NCBI GenBank assembly: GCA_051362555.1
Contig: CM120645.1
Span: forward strand, 5,208,001-5,272,000
DNA length: 64,000 nt
Direction: 5' to 3'
Source: Lingula anatina
Taxonomy: Eukaryota; Animalia; Brachiopoda
Shown: in pieces, positions 23,901 through 36,200 of the stretch
Layout of the letters: each line of letters begins with the position of its first letter
How positions within the stretch are numbered: the first letter of the stretch is position 1
Notes under the pieces: model-generated
What the model was told of the DNA's origin: nothing
The model's database searches: none
The model's input: only the letters and a program-made list of their open reading frames with translations
Translations under genes and position numbers: made by a program

Positions 23901-26023
23901 TGTATTGTATATTAAGGCATAAGGATAAGAAGGGTGACCGAAATGGAACAGTGGTTACATTCTCTGCATTGTCAGCGGCTGGTTTGACCTGCCGCGTGCT
24001 CCGTTTTTTAAATCATATTTATGTCATACTAGCTTGGGGGTATGATCGTTTATTGTCAAATGCAATTCTAGTTTTCAATGCGTTTTTTATTATTATTATT
24101 TTGCGCTTGAATTTGGCCTTCGCCTATCTCCTTCCTGGTCCTACCGGTTGCATTTTTCGCGTATAAAACGAAGACTGCGGTTTTCCAGAACGAAAATTAA
24201 TGCGACAGAACTCCTATTTATGTTTCTGTGCCAACATCACATATCAAAAACATAAACAGGAGTGGTTATACAGGTTATGTACTTATATTCGTGTTAGTCG
24301 CTGTCGTGTGTTAAATCATTATTCTTTCGGTTGCAGATACATGTACATGTAGCCTACCACGGCAACACAAGCAGAATTGTTTGTCCCTACTGCTACTTAT
24401 GTGCACTGTAAAACATTTCCTTTCTAATGAAAACTACTTATTGTGATATCAACCACTACGTAAGTAGCCTAATCCGCGTTAGTTGGATAGCCTTTTGAGT
24501 TAACCCCCACCCCAACAAACCTATGTAGTCCGTTGTTTTTAATCTGATCATTTATTTATTTATTTATTCAAACGTATCAAATAATTATACCAGGCCGGTC
24601 CTATTCACATGTTTTCTAGTCGTCAACCGGTTTAATGTTTACTATCTATCTGAACGCAACGCTCGCCCAATCCTCATAAACAGTGCCAACAGTACAGCTG
24701 ACTACATCTAGCCTAGGCCTACTACCGCGCAAACAGGAGCAGTCTGTGGAAAAGGTGACTGAATATAGTGTAAGTGTACTGAATTCATAGAGGTAATAAA
24801 CAAATACAGATAATTACCGCAAAGCTATTTCTCTATGACGCACTTTAGGTTATTTTGAACCTAACTAGAATCTATTAGTAGGCCTATACCTATCTATCCG
24901 ATCTACCTATGTTTCAGAATCAATGTCATTTAGCGCTTATGGTGCAGTGTCGCATCTAATATGCGTAGGCCCCTACATACATATACGTCTTCAAAATCGG
25001 CCAAAATAAATCTAAGACTGACGTAACTACTTCGCTACGACACAGTAGGCATAACAAACATATATCTACAACAATTAATGTATCTCAATATTTACAAAAG
25101 CTTATTTCGACTACCCGCTTAATAATTTAATGGCAGTCCTTCGGGTGGGCCTAGCCTATAGGCTAATATAACGATCTACTGAGCAATATACATGTACAGA
25201 ATATGTATAACTCTTTTTCCTAAAAAATTGTGCGCCTGTATAATAGCTATAGATATGCAGAAATAAATATTTCTGGTTTGTATTAAGGTCGATATATATG
25301 CTACTTTCACATTACCAGTATTTATCTAACGTCGCTGTCAATACGAAGCGTCTGCTAGGCTACAACGAGTGCTACATAATACATAAACAAAAACAATAGA
25401 ACCTCGACAGACAACTTACCTGAATAGACAAATTCCCGGACACGGCCCGATATTTCTATACCCTCCTAAGCATCCAACCTACCCATTCAACCGAACGTGA
25501 AATTAGTGAACTATGTATGAACATCGGCATTTAAAAACATTGCTATGACCTTGACCTTCCAGCGTTCACGGTCATAAGTACATCTGGGCTCACTTAGACA
25601 AGGACGCGGGAGGACAGACGCACATCGCACCAGTAACGTGCTGCACGGGCTAGGATAAACAGAAATTGAATTACAACTCTTGTTTCTACATACGCGCCAC
25701 ATACTGTTTGAAATATTGCAGTTTTTGACTTTTTTAACCAGGTAGAGCCTACATTTTATAGATCAGACAGGTCTTCAAGTGCATGTAGTCTACATGTAGG
25801 CCTAGGTCTCCTCCTAGTAGCCTAAATAGCAACAGCACCCACCTGCAAAGCGTTTTGGTATATAGGCCTATGGAGCCTCTCCCATAGGTCATCGAGGCCT
25901 TACCAGTACACGACCAGTAGCCTATGTACTCGTGTGATATGTAGGCCCTAATATGATAAAGAAGAGTTGGTTTAATTAAAATAATTTCATTAAAATGTGT
26001 TCCATTACATGCATTTAATGTTG

Positions 26024-26057
26024 GTTACACCAAGGAATTATAACTCCTTGGTTACAC
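26024..26057. mobile_element. 20-bp palindromic micro-element CAAGGAATTATAACTCCTTG with 7-bp flanking direct repeat GTTACAC
   Basis: gttacac (26024-26030), palindrome (26031-26050, one mismatch), gttacac (26051-26057). Near-identical core at 56486-56505. Confidence 0.7.
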
Positions 26058-29000
26058 AAAGAAAATTTCAAGTGAAAAATTTTGATTTCAAAAGCGGGGG
26101 GGGGGGAGAGGGGGAAAGGGGTCACCGAGACAATAAATATCTAATGAGGTAGGTGTCAGACGGACAGATTAGAAATACCGCCATAATATGACGTACAAGA
26201 CAAGAAATGACTCATTATCGCCACAGTTTAATCTAACTTTAACTTATATTATCAAGATAGGCTTATGTCAGAACAACAGGTGCACGCGCACCCTTGATAA
26301 GGAGTGTCCAATGTGACAGGCAGTCCGCTAGGAACCGTCGTTCGTTCTCCATTACTTTGTACAGGTGACATTAGCCCCATATACTAATCCCAATACTTCG
26401 ACTAGTCCAACCTGTATTAATCATATGGGAGCCCGGACTTCCATTTCTAGGACTGCCATTCCTGTCACGCCGGTCTATGACCTTAAATTGGAGATTTTTT
26501 CTATCAAGCTAGGGTAATTTGCTGTACTCTCCCATATATAAGTCTTTGCTAAAAACTATAATACATGAAGGTAACGTTCTCGCGACAATAACAGCAAATT
26601 AGTCCCATGAACTCATAGGTAAACGTGCTTCCTAACAAGTTCCACTATTTACCAATTCTACCTGATGACATCTCATGTAAATAAAAGAAAAGCTCTATTT
26701 TAAGTACGAAAAAGGGAAATGAAGGTAGGCCTAAGTCACTTGCATGTAACCCTAAACATGGAAATGACTCGTATTGAACACATTTAGCCTACCTGAAAAG
26801 CTGGAAATTGCGGGAACTCTTTCTACGGCTGACATAGGAGAGTCTACCGCAGCTGCCGTTTCGCAGATTAGCTACCTGTACTAAATGTAATAGACACGTG
26901 GCTGCCGTTGTATCCGATTTGTTTTCTGAATCTCAGTCATGGGGTATTGCAAGATTCATGTACGAATATCAGCCACACACAAAACCACTACAATTAATAC
27001 CTTATTTTCATTTTACCTGTAATCCAACCCCAGTTCAATTATATTTCTCCTTAGCTTCGAAAACAAAACCAGCAATATTATCAATTGCAATATTTTCTGT
27101 TTCATTTATTCATTGTTCTTTTTTTTACCTAAGTAAAAGACAAGTTGAATCAACCTTCTAGAAACCCGCTATTCTCCTTTCGAAGCCCGAAATTTATGTG
27201 TTCTGAAAACGATTTTTTCACAATATTCGAGGTTTTTTAATACCCTAGCTATATCACGCATTTTCAAAATTGCGTGAGAGGCAATATATGGTAACAAACA
27301 ATTTACTTGTATAACTCTAGACCCTGGGATTAGAATAGAAAACAAGTCAATCATCAGTCTCAATTAAAACGCACTTGTCTGACTGGTGAATAAATAATAC
27401 AAATGTTTCCAGACAATTTAACCAAGACCAGATGGCACTCAAATCAATAATACAGGTATCTGATGTGGATTATGAATAGGCCAGTTTCTGAGAATTAGAG
27501 TAACAAAGCAAATCAGTCTCACAGTGACGCAGAGTGGGCAATGGGCTGTATACACTGTTGGCGTGATAAATTAATACATGTACAGAGAGCTGCAGGTGAA
27601 CGATGGTTATACTAGTAGTTCTCTATTTCATATTCCGTACATTATATAGGCCTACATTGTATTGGTATATCGCAAAAAAGACAAAGGGGCCGTTCACAAA
27701 GCGTTTTATCGACCGAGGTAATGCGCACTAACTCCACGAGGACTATCGCTGAATTCACTCAGAGTGGCAGAGTAACGTACACCCTCCTCATGGCGTTGAA
27801 TAGAGAACAGGAAAGCTGGTGATTATACGAATATGTCTGAAACAAGAGGATGAGGAGAGTGAGGCCGTTAAATTTCATTGCAAACGGTCCCAAAGAGTGT
27901 AAATGCAAGCGAAATTGCCATCTACTTGTTTGTCTAGACATTTAACATATTGAATGGCAGATTAGGACTAAAGTATGCTTTACACGAAAAAATATTTTCT
28001 ATTATGATAATCAGTTCCGAAATAATGCGTTTTTCGTAAACTCTCGTCTTTGCACACGTCAATGTACATATTTAAAGACAGGGTCTCTGTCATATAGAAA
28101 GAAGGCGCGACTGAGAATTAATATTATAGAGGTAACCCACATTCCTATATTGAGTCTTCAACTATTCAAACAACAACAACAACAACAATAAAATAATGAT
28201 AAAACGAAACCGGTGAAAATTTTGTTCAACAAAAATATTAAATATTTATAGTTTGAATATACGCCAGTGTATAATAGCACACCAGACGCCCGAATTATTT
28301 TTCCCTGTTAAGTGAAATATACTTAAGGGATAGGCATTCATTTAATGTTTATGTTTTGCACTTACAGGGTATAACGAGTAAAGACAACCATATGAAAAGA
28401 GAATTATGATTTTGAAGCAATCGCGGTTTCCTGAAAATGACTAAGTCCATGACATCATAACCCGCAGGAAAGTGTGTGTGTGTGTGTGTGTGTGTTGTGT
28501 TTGTATATATTCTTGTTTCGACAAAACACCCCAACCTGTTTCATTTGCTCAAATGTATATTTAACCGACCCAGTAGGCCTAAGCACAATTAGGCCTATAT
28601 TACCAAGACTTCACACCTGTAAACGTTATCTTCGCTCAACAAAAATTTCATCCAGATTATATTTTATTTACCTACCAGTATCTCACCTTGCTTACGCTGC
28701 TCGTGTATTGTTTGATTCTCTCTCTCTCTCTCTCTCTTTTCGCGCCTGTAGCCTGTCGATCATATTGTCCAACTGTCAGAATGTCTTCTGTGAATATTTT
28801 GTCAACAAAACGCACTGCGCATGCGTGTTTATTGATTTCATTGATTTTTGTTCTACATCACTCCCGCTTTCCTGGAATAAGTTTACCGTTGACCTTCACT
28901 GACGCACTTATATATTCTTGCTCTACTTCTTGGGAAACTGATCTCGGCAAAGACAGAATGAAAAGATGCAAAGAAAGTACTATAACTTAGCAGTTTCGAA

Positions 29001-29551
29001 TTTGTCAATTTTTTTCGGAAAAAATTACTATGGCAAATCGGTATAGTTTTTTTCTGGACATAAACTATTCTTCTTTCATATTTAAAGAGTTATTATTATA
29101 TATACAAAGGTAAATTTAAAAAAAAGGGGGGGTTAAGGCAAAAATGAAGATTGCATCAAAGCTAGTTATCTAAATAAGCTGCATGGTTTGAATCTTATTT
29201 TATTAAAAACGAAATTAATTACCAATAAGAATATTTTGCTGAACAGTTGAAATCTAAACTTTTTGAAATTTTGACTCATTTGTTGTTGGTTGGGTTGGTT
29301 CTTCTGTAAGGTGCATCTGAGTGTACGAGAAGAATCAGCCGAAGCTTGAGTAAGGTATAGGCTTATATAGGCCTATAGGTGGAGGCATCTATATAGAGCT
29401 GATTTCCAGAAGGTGCAAACAGATCCTTATGAATAAAACTTTACTGCTTTGTATACATAGAGATTTTATAAACTTTTTCCGTATGTTTCTAATTCTATAA
29501 AAAACAAATGTAAATGTAAAAACGAAAAATTCGTCGACGAACACTAGTCGA

Positions 29552-29624
29552 AGCCCCCAGCGAGGTTCGAACTCGCGACCCCTGGTTTACGAGACCAGTG
29601 CTCTAACCACTGAGCTATGGAGGC
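29552..29624 (-). tRNA. tRNA-Thr(CGT)
   Basis: GCCTCCATAGCTCAGTGGTTAGAGCACTGGTCTCGTAAACCAGGGGTCGCGAGTTCGAACCTCGCTGGGGGCT, 73 nt. All four stems pair, anticodon CGT, intact A and B boxes, T5 Pol III terminator about 22 nt downstream. Confidence 0.97.
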
Positions 29625-31798
29625 GGCCAATCACTGGGCGCAGTTTTGTAAGTGTATGAACAAAATGCTAGTACGTATCACGTCTATTTAATTGCGCTTT
29701 AGCAACAAATCCTACAAATATTGTTAATAAAGCCATGATGGTATGTTTTAACTACACTTACTTCCATTTAACAAAATTTTAAACACATTATGATTTACTA
29801 ATAATTATTTACTATTGAAATACATCAAGGTAAATAGCGATCTTCATGTCTTTAACGTGGCGGATTAATTCTCCATAGTGCTCTACTTTCCTACTCGAAC
29901 ACATCTACCGCAATCTAATAACTAATAGCAGCCACTACAGGTGGAACACCTATCGCAATGACAGCTTTTTTTCCATGGGGATGGGGCGCTAGATTACCTT
30001 TCCAAACAGAGATCTAATTGTTTTAATTTTATTAATTATTCTTTATTTATTATTATTATTTTGCAACTGGATACTGGGTAGAATTTCAAATCTAATTGAC
30101 GAGTTTTTTTCCGTTTTGCATAGTACATATATGTAGCAGTGTAGAAGAGAAACTTATGATTTTAGTGATAAAATAATAATAATAATAGAAAAAAAGATGA
30201 ACGGAGCATCCATTTTCTCCATTTTTACAATTCTACAAAGAGAAGACTTTTTACCCCCCCCCCCTTTCAGGGAGTATGAGGTAAAAAGCTAAAAATGACC
30301 TCTGACAGCGATTTGAATCATTATTATTAGTTTTCAAATAAAAGCAAACAGAGGGAAGTAAACACCCTCCCCCTTTCAAAGTGTCATTTCTTAATATAAA
30401 TAAACAAAGGAGAGAGGCTTCAAGTAACATTTCATGATCTTGGTTGCCTTGAAGTAAAAATGTGAAAGAAGCAAATGTAAACTTTGGACCATTTATTTCT
30501 ATTGAAGTCCAAAATGGAAAAGCACATTACCAATAAAACATGCTTTTGAGCACAGTAGTGCTTCCATGGTAAATTATGCATACTCCATACTGGGCGACTA
30601 TACAACATATTGCCTGCTAAAAACAAACCTTTAAAGAGTTTGGAGTCACTTTTAACACCCCACTAGAATAGAGGGTAATAAATGCTCCTGGATTTTATCT
30701 TAAAGTTTACAACAAATGTGCCGTAAAACTTGATATTTTAAAATGGCACTAGGTTTAATCAATATAAAGGACAACAACAACAAAATACTAGGTATTAACA
30801 ACTTGACTTTCAATGAAGTTAAACTTCAAAGATAATATTGCAACATGTCAGGCAAAAAGACTAGCATATAAAATTGTTTGTACAAGCATGTCTTAACTGT
30901 AACTTCAAATTTCACTGGATAACTGTGAGCTTTCATATATACTTGAATTAACAGTCCATAACATATTATATATATTATAATACTTTTATATATATATATA
31001 CTAGTGTGTACAACTTTGAAGGTAACATGAACATTAAATTTTGTAAAATTTATAACTTTTGAGATTTTGCATCTCATCAGTTAACTCTCAACATATAAAT
31101 ATGAGTCTATATAAAACATCTAGGCCCAGTTTAATCAACACTGGATAGTGCTATCCTATGGATAACACTTTCATTTCATGTGTGTGTATTATTTGTCTTA
31201 CTGCAAATTGTGTATTGCTCGTGAATAAACTACCTGGATACATGTACTTGAATATCTTACTTTGATATCACCTCTTTGGCAAGGATAGGTTTTATGATTT
31301 TAAAGAGGGAAGCCAATAATATTTAATGTAATACTCATCTTTTAAATCTGTAAATGCTTTTGAAATAACATATTTGAAACAAATAAAGAGAAATTTTCCT
31401 CTTTACAAATATTGGCAAACATGGCATGCATGGTAACAGCGCTAAAGGGTATTTAAGTATTTAATTGTTCTTTCCAAACTGGGAACAAATGGCAAGTTAG
31501 GCCCTGTTGCATAAATCTTCAGTGCAGTGTTGTATACAATAGACTACATGTACAGTATGGTTGATACTGTACAGTAGCAATTACTGGTATACTGTTACAC
31601 TATTACTAAATATGCATGTATAACCCCTGCAAATGGTGCCATCAAAACATTACCAGTAAATACATATCACTGGATAAATTATTATTAATCTTTTATATCT
31701 CTGATCATAAAATAGATGGGATTAGTCCCTTAGTTCTGTCACTTGACAGACACATACTGGTACAAGAAGTCAATCCATGGAAGCCCTCTCATAAGGGT

Positions 31799-31799
<1 letters not shown>

Positions 31800-31852
<53 letters not shown>
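31800..31852. repeat. ~50-nt poly(T) tract, which is poly(A) on the SLC41 sense strand, in the probable 3' UTR
   Basis: Read directly. Confidence 0.9.
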
Positions 31853-31853
<1 letters not shown>

Positions 31854-32340
31854 GTTTGTTTTTTTTACCTGAGGCAGCTAGGAACCATGGGAGAGTTCAG
31901 GCTTATATCCAAAGTGTATCATCAATGTCACATGGGTTTGTCTTGAGCATTATCACAGAGATCATAATGCTGTTTGGTAATTATACAGCAGTAGCACTGC
32001 ATGCTAAATACATGTATAATACCATTTGCAGACTTAGATTTGCATCTTATTTACTTTTTATTCAACTGCAACTGAAAGGGCACCTTACCCATAATATCAC
32101 AGTCTCATTACACACAGGAAAAAATTTTCAAGGTACGAGAAATGCAGTGTCAGTCATGGGATAGGTATGATCACATCTAAAATATTAAGGTGTAAAATTC
32201 TTGCAATATTTGCCTGTGTAGCAATATCACAGCATGCATCACACAGGGTGCATAATAATTTTTGGTATTTTTCTGCAAAAATGCAATATCTGATGCATCT
32301 CCATTTGCAGAAATTGTAAATTATAACCCACCATCCGTGC

Positions 32341-32449
32341 CAGGGGGGGATCCAAAGAAACTTTCTGACAGTCTTCCAAATTATCTTTGTTGATCCATCC
32401 CCCCTTTTTTACCATCTTCCGACTAAAAAAAATAGATGCCCTTCCCCTG
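32341..32449 (-). mobile_element. Internally deleted, inverted copy of the 33795/42100 MITE family
   Basis: Reverse complement contains ggatcaacaaagataatttggaagactgtcagaaa...tggatccccccctg. Flanks are cgtgc/catgc. Confidence 0.65.
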
Positions 32450-33204
32450 CATGCAACTGGGATGATGGCTTATCAGAAATTATATTTCATTTCTTTCTCC
32501 AACATTTGCCTCTTTATATTACATGTACTCTTTGTATAGTTGAAAATGATAGGTACAACTATTACAGTGCTTCTATTTCAACGATTTGCATTATATGCAG
32601 TGGCACACTGTTCATCAGTTGTAATATCAAGATGTTTTCTGGGATTTTTTTTTTCTTTGATACCCAGTGTTGGAATTTCGAATGTTAGGACCAGGCTGAA
32701 GGCGGTCAACCCAGGCAATGTCCATCACTATGGTGATCACAATTTACCCAGCAGTTGAACATACTACTCTCAGGTTTATTGCTGGGTAAAGCAGTGCTTC
32801 ATGTATAAACCCCCTCCCACTCAAAAAAAAAAAAAAGGATTCAGATCTTCTTTTTCTCTAACAGCTGCTTTTTTCTATTGCCTAGTATATATCCAGCACA
32901 AAGTTTAAAGGATTTCGACTAGAACTGACCAGAACATTACAAACAGCACAAAGTATAGGAAAATCTCTAGCCCAAGTACTACGTTCTCCTCTTTCTCTAT
33001 ACCTCATACCTCATACTTTCTCTATACCTTCAATAGTGCAGTGTTCAAACTGCTTTAACCAGATGCTCTTTGTCAAGGGAGTTAAAAACAGTAACTGTAT
33101 TCAGCTCCCTTCTGTCAAAAAACTGAATGCTGAAACAACAATTTCATGCTTGAATACTGTGACTGGCAAAAAATGTAACGAAAATGAACAGGACCACCTT
33201 GAAG

Positions 33205-36200
33205 CTATTCTCCCACATCTCCATCTTTATCCCCCATCCAGTGTAGGGTTTGAAATGCTAGGGCAAGGAGGGCGGTGCCCAGGAAGTCCCCCACTGCAGT
33301 GAGGTACGGGATAGCAAAGTTATCTGGATCATCTCCACTCTTCCACATAAAGTGCACCATCCAGTTGGCAAGGTACAGCAGGACGATTACCTGGAATAGA
33401 AACAAATGGCAACATTACTAGTGGTACAGATAAACAATCTACCTGGAATATAGATACCAATCAAGATTTCTGGGGGTACAGAGGATTATAAATGAACAAT
33501 TTACTATTATAGATATAATGACTGTTAATAGACAATTTAATTTATTACCTATCTCCAAAATGCCCAAACAATCACACACATTTGCATAGGAAGGCACACT
33601 CAAATACAAAGTTTGTACCTGTATAACTGCAGCCAGGAGATAAACAGCAGTAAACCTGGCAGTGATAGTTGTATGTCCTGCACCCACTAGAGCAATGGCA
33701 CACATGAAGAGAAGATGCCCAGGTACCACCAAACCAAGCAACACACGGGCTGTTCTTGAATGAGGTCCTGGAAACAATAGGCACATGTGCTATTCACGGG
33801 GGGATTGAGACCTTCTTCTGGGTCTTCTGGAAGACGGTCAGATTTTAAAGTTTACATAGACGGGTATCTATTTTTTTTCTGTTGGAAGACCATTAAAAAT
33901 GGAGTACGGATCAACAAAGATAATTTGGAATACTGTCAGAAAATACCTCTGGATCCGCTCCTGCTATTCCTGTCCATGAACAAGTCAGAAATCATGTTTT
34001 ATACATCACCACCAACATAATAAACAAATCTTGCTTATGATTAAAATAAAGAAAGAAAAGAGGCAAATGTCAAAAAATTCAAAAGGAAGAAAAAATGGAT
34101 TCCCAAGATTGTAAAATAACCACAACTTTGCAGAGTTTGCCAGACAGCCCAATTTGTTCAACCAAGAACAAAATAAGAAAATATGAATTTGGTCAAAATG
34201 ATCAAGCACTGTATTACCATTCATGTACATGACTTGTACAATGATTTAGATTTACATCAGTTGTTCTACATTTTTTTGATTCAGTTATTTTATAAATTTA
34301 TTTACCTTTCCCACAGAAAGCTGTGCAAGGATTCGCACATGCTCGTGGCGCATTTTCTGGCATGATCCCCGGTTTACTGACCCGATGTAACGACGTGGCC
34401 AGTCTGCTGGCCTGAACAGCCACCAGGTTACCTCCCACACCTGAAATATCAGAATCCTTTTAAAACACACTTTCAGCTACTTACTCGTAATCATTCCCAT
34501 TCTGACAATACCATCCCTCAATATTTATTACCACTAGCCTTTGTTGTACTTAATTGCTTTGCTCATTTTTGTTTTTCACACTATGGTGGCAACCAGCACA
34601 GTCTCCGGGTGGCTGTCTACCTAGCTATCATTTCATTGTGCATTAGTGAATATATAAAATACTGCAAATATTTGCTGATTAAATGTTTACATTACATGTA
34701 ACAGCTGGTATAGATTCAATATGCGACTGGCTAGCTGTAAATTGCAGCAAAAGGATAACAGAATTTTTTTTCAAAATTAGACAAGACCAGACAACCTCTA
34801 TGTAAGTGCTGTTTCAGGTCACAAGTACATGAATATGTGCAAGCTCATATATGTATACCATAAAATATATGTAAATCATAAATCTTACCATTTATCACAG
34901 GTTGAAATACAGCCAGGCCATGAAAATGTGTCACAGCATAGTCTAAAATCAGGCCACCCACACTGTGCAAAAGACAAATGAAAAATTACATGCTTAAAAA
35001 GAATACCATTTAAATAATTCATTTAACTTACCTTAATAGCAAACAGTATTAAAAAAATCTGATTTCAGACTGGTGATCAGATATGTTCACATACTTATTA
35101 TACCAGATGTTAATGACAAAGGAGCCAGCTGTACATTGTGCATCTGGCAAATACTCATGTATCACACATAAACAAGATACATCATGCCTGAATCCTTTAA
35201 TTTCAACATCCACTGTGGTAACAGAATACTACTACTACTAATAATAATAATAGTAAAACATTCATCACTTGCCAGTAAGGTACTTTGCACTTATGTATGC
35301 TACATATACTTTATTGTTTTGTGATGTATTTCTTAGTACACAAAACACAACTGATTCACTGGACTCACAGAAATATCAAAAAAGTTAACACAGTTAGCTA
35401 TGCTCACCTCTTAGCAACCAACACTCAAGTACACATGACAGCAAGTCATGAATTTCGATACTGTTAATTGAAACAATACTCAGAGGCACCCTTTTTAATT
35501 CAAAAACTCTCTTGGCCAGTTACTTACCTGCTTATGGCCACAGCACAGATGACCGGTGTCCAGCCATGATAGACCACATCTCTGGTGTATTTGTACTTTG
35601 TGGCCAGTATTAACCACATAGGTGTAAGGACTATAACAGATACTAATACTATGGCAGGAGAGAGCCAAGGATTTAATTCTGTAATGCAAAAATAGAATAG
35701 GTTTGATATTAATTATAAATATTTGGTAGAAATGTACAGAGTTGCCAATGGCTTAACTTTCATCCAATAAATTATTACTGATAATCTTATACTTACAAAA
35801 AGAATTTCAAAGTACAGTGGTCTGCCTTCATCTACCTTTTAAGGGGATAAAGAAATTCTTCATACAAGCAAGCACTTAAACAAAGCTCATTCCTAACTAA
35901 ATGACCACTTTTCCAAAGCTCACACCTATCTGATCATACAACCAAGAGCTACTGGTTGCCAAGAGAACAATGGTCACCAGATCACCCAGGCTTGCCGAAA
36001 GAGGTGTTGCTATATTGTCTGGGTTGATATTCAATTTCCTGGAGTACAGTACCACCAGCATCATCAGAATTCCTGGAAAACATATGAGAGTAATGATACT
36101 GTCAGTACAACCAACTGGACGTCTTATGTATAATATCTTCATTTTTGATTGCCCTATTTGTGAACATCAATTCCCTTAATACTTTCTATCCAATATGCTT

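Noticed and set aside
29552-29624. tRNA-derived SINE head rather than a true tRNA
   Set aside because: The cloverleaf is intact, a T5 terminator follows closely, and there is no SINE body, tail or second copy in the window.
33438-33455. Second acceptor-like copy (tattccag|gta) about 50 nt upstream of the last SLC41 exon
   Set aside because: The match is short and there is no evidence of use. It may be chance or a trivial microduplication.
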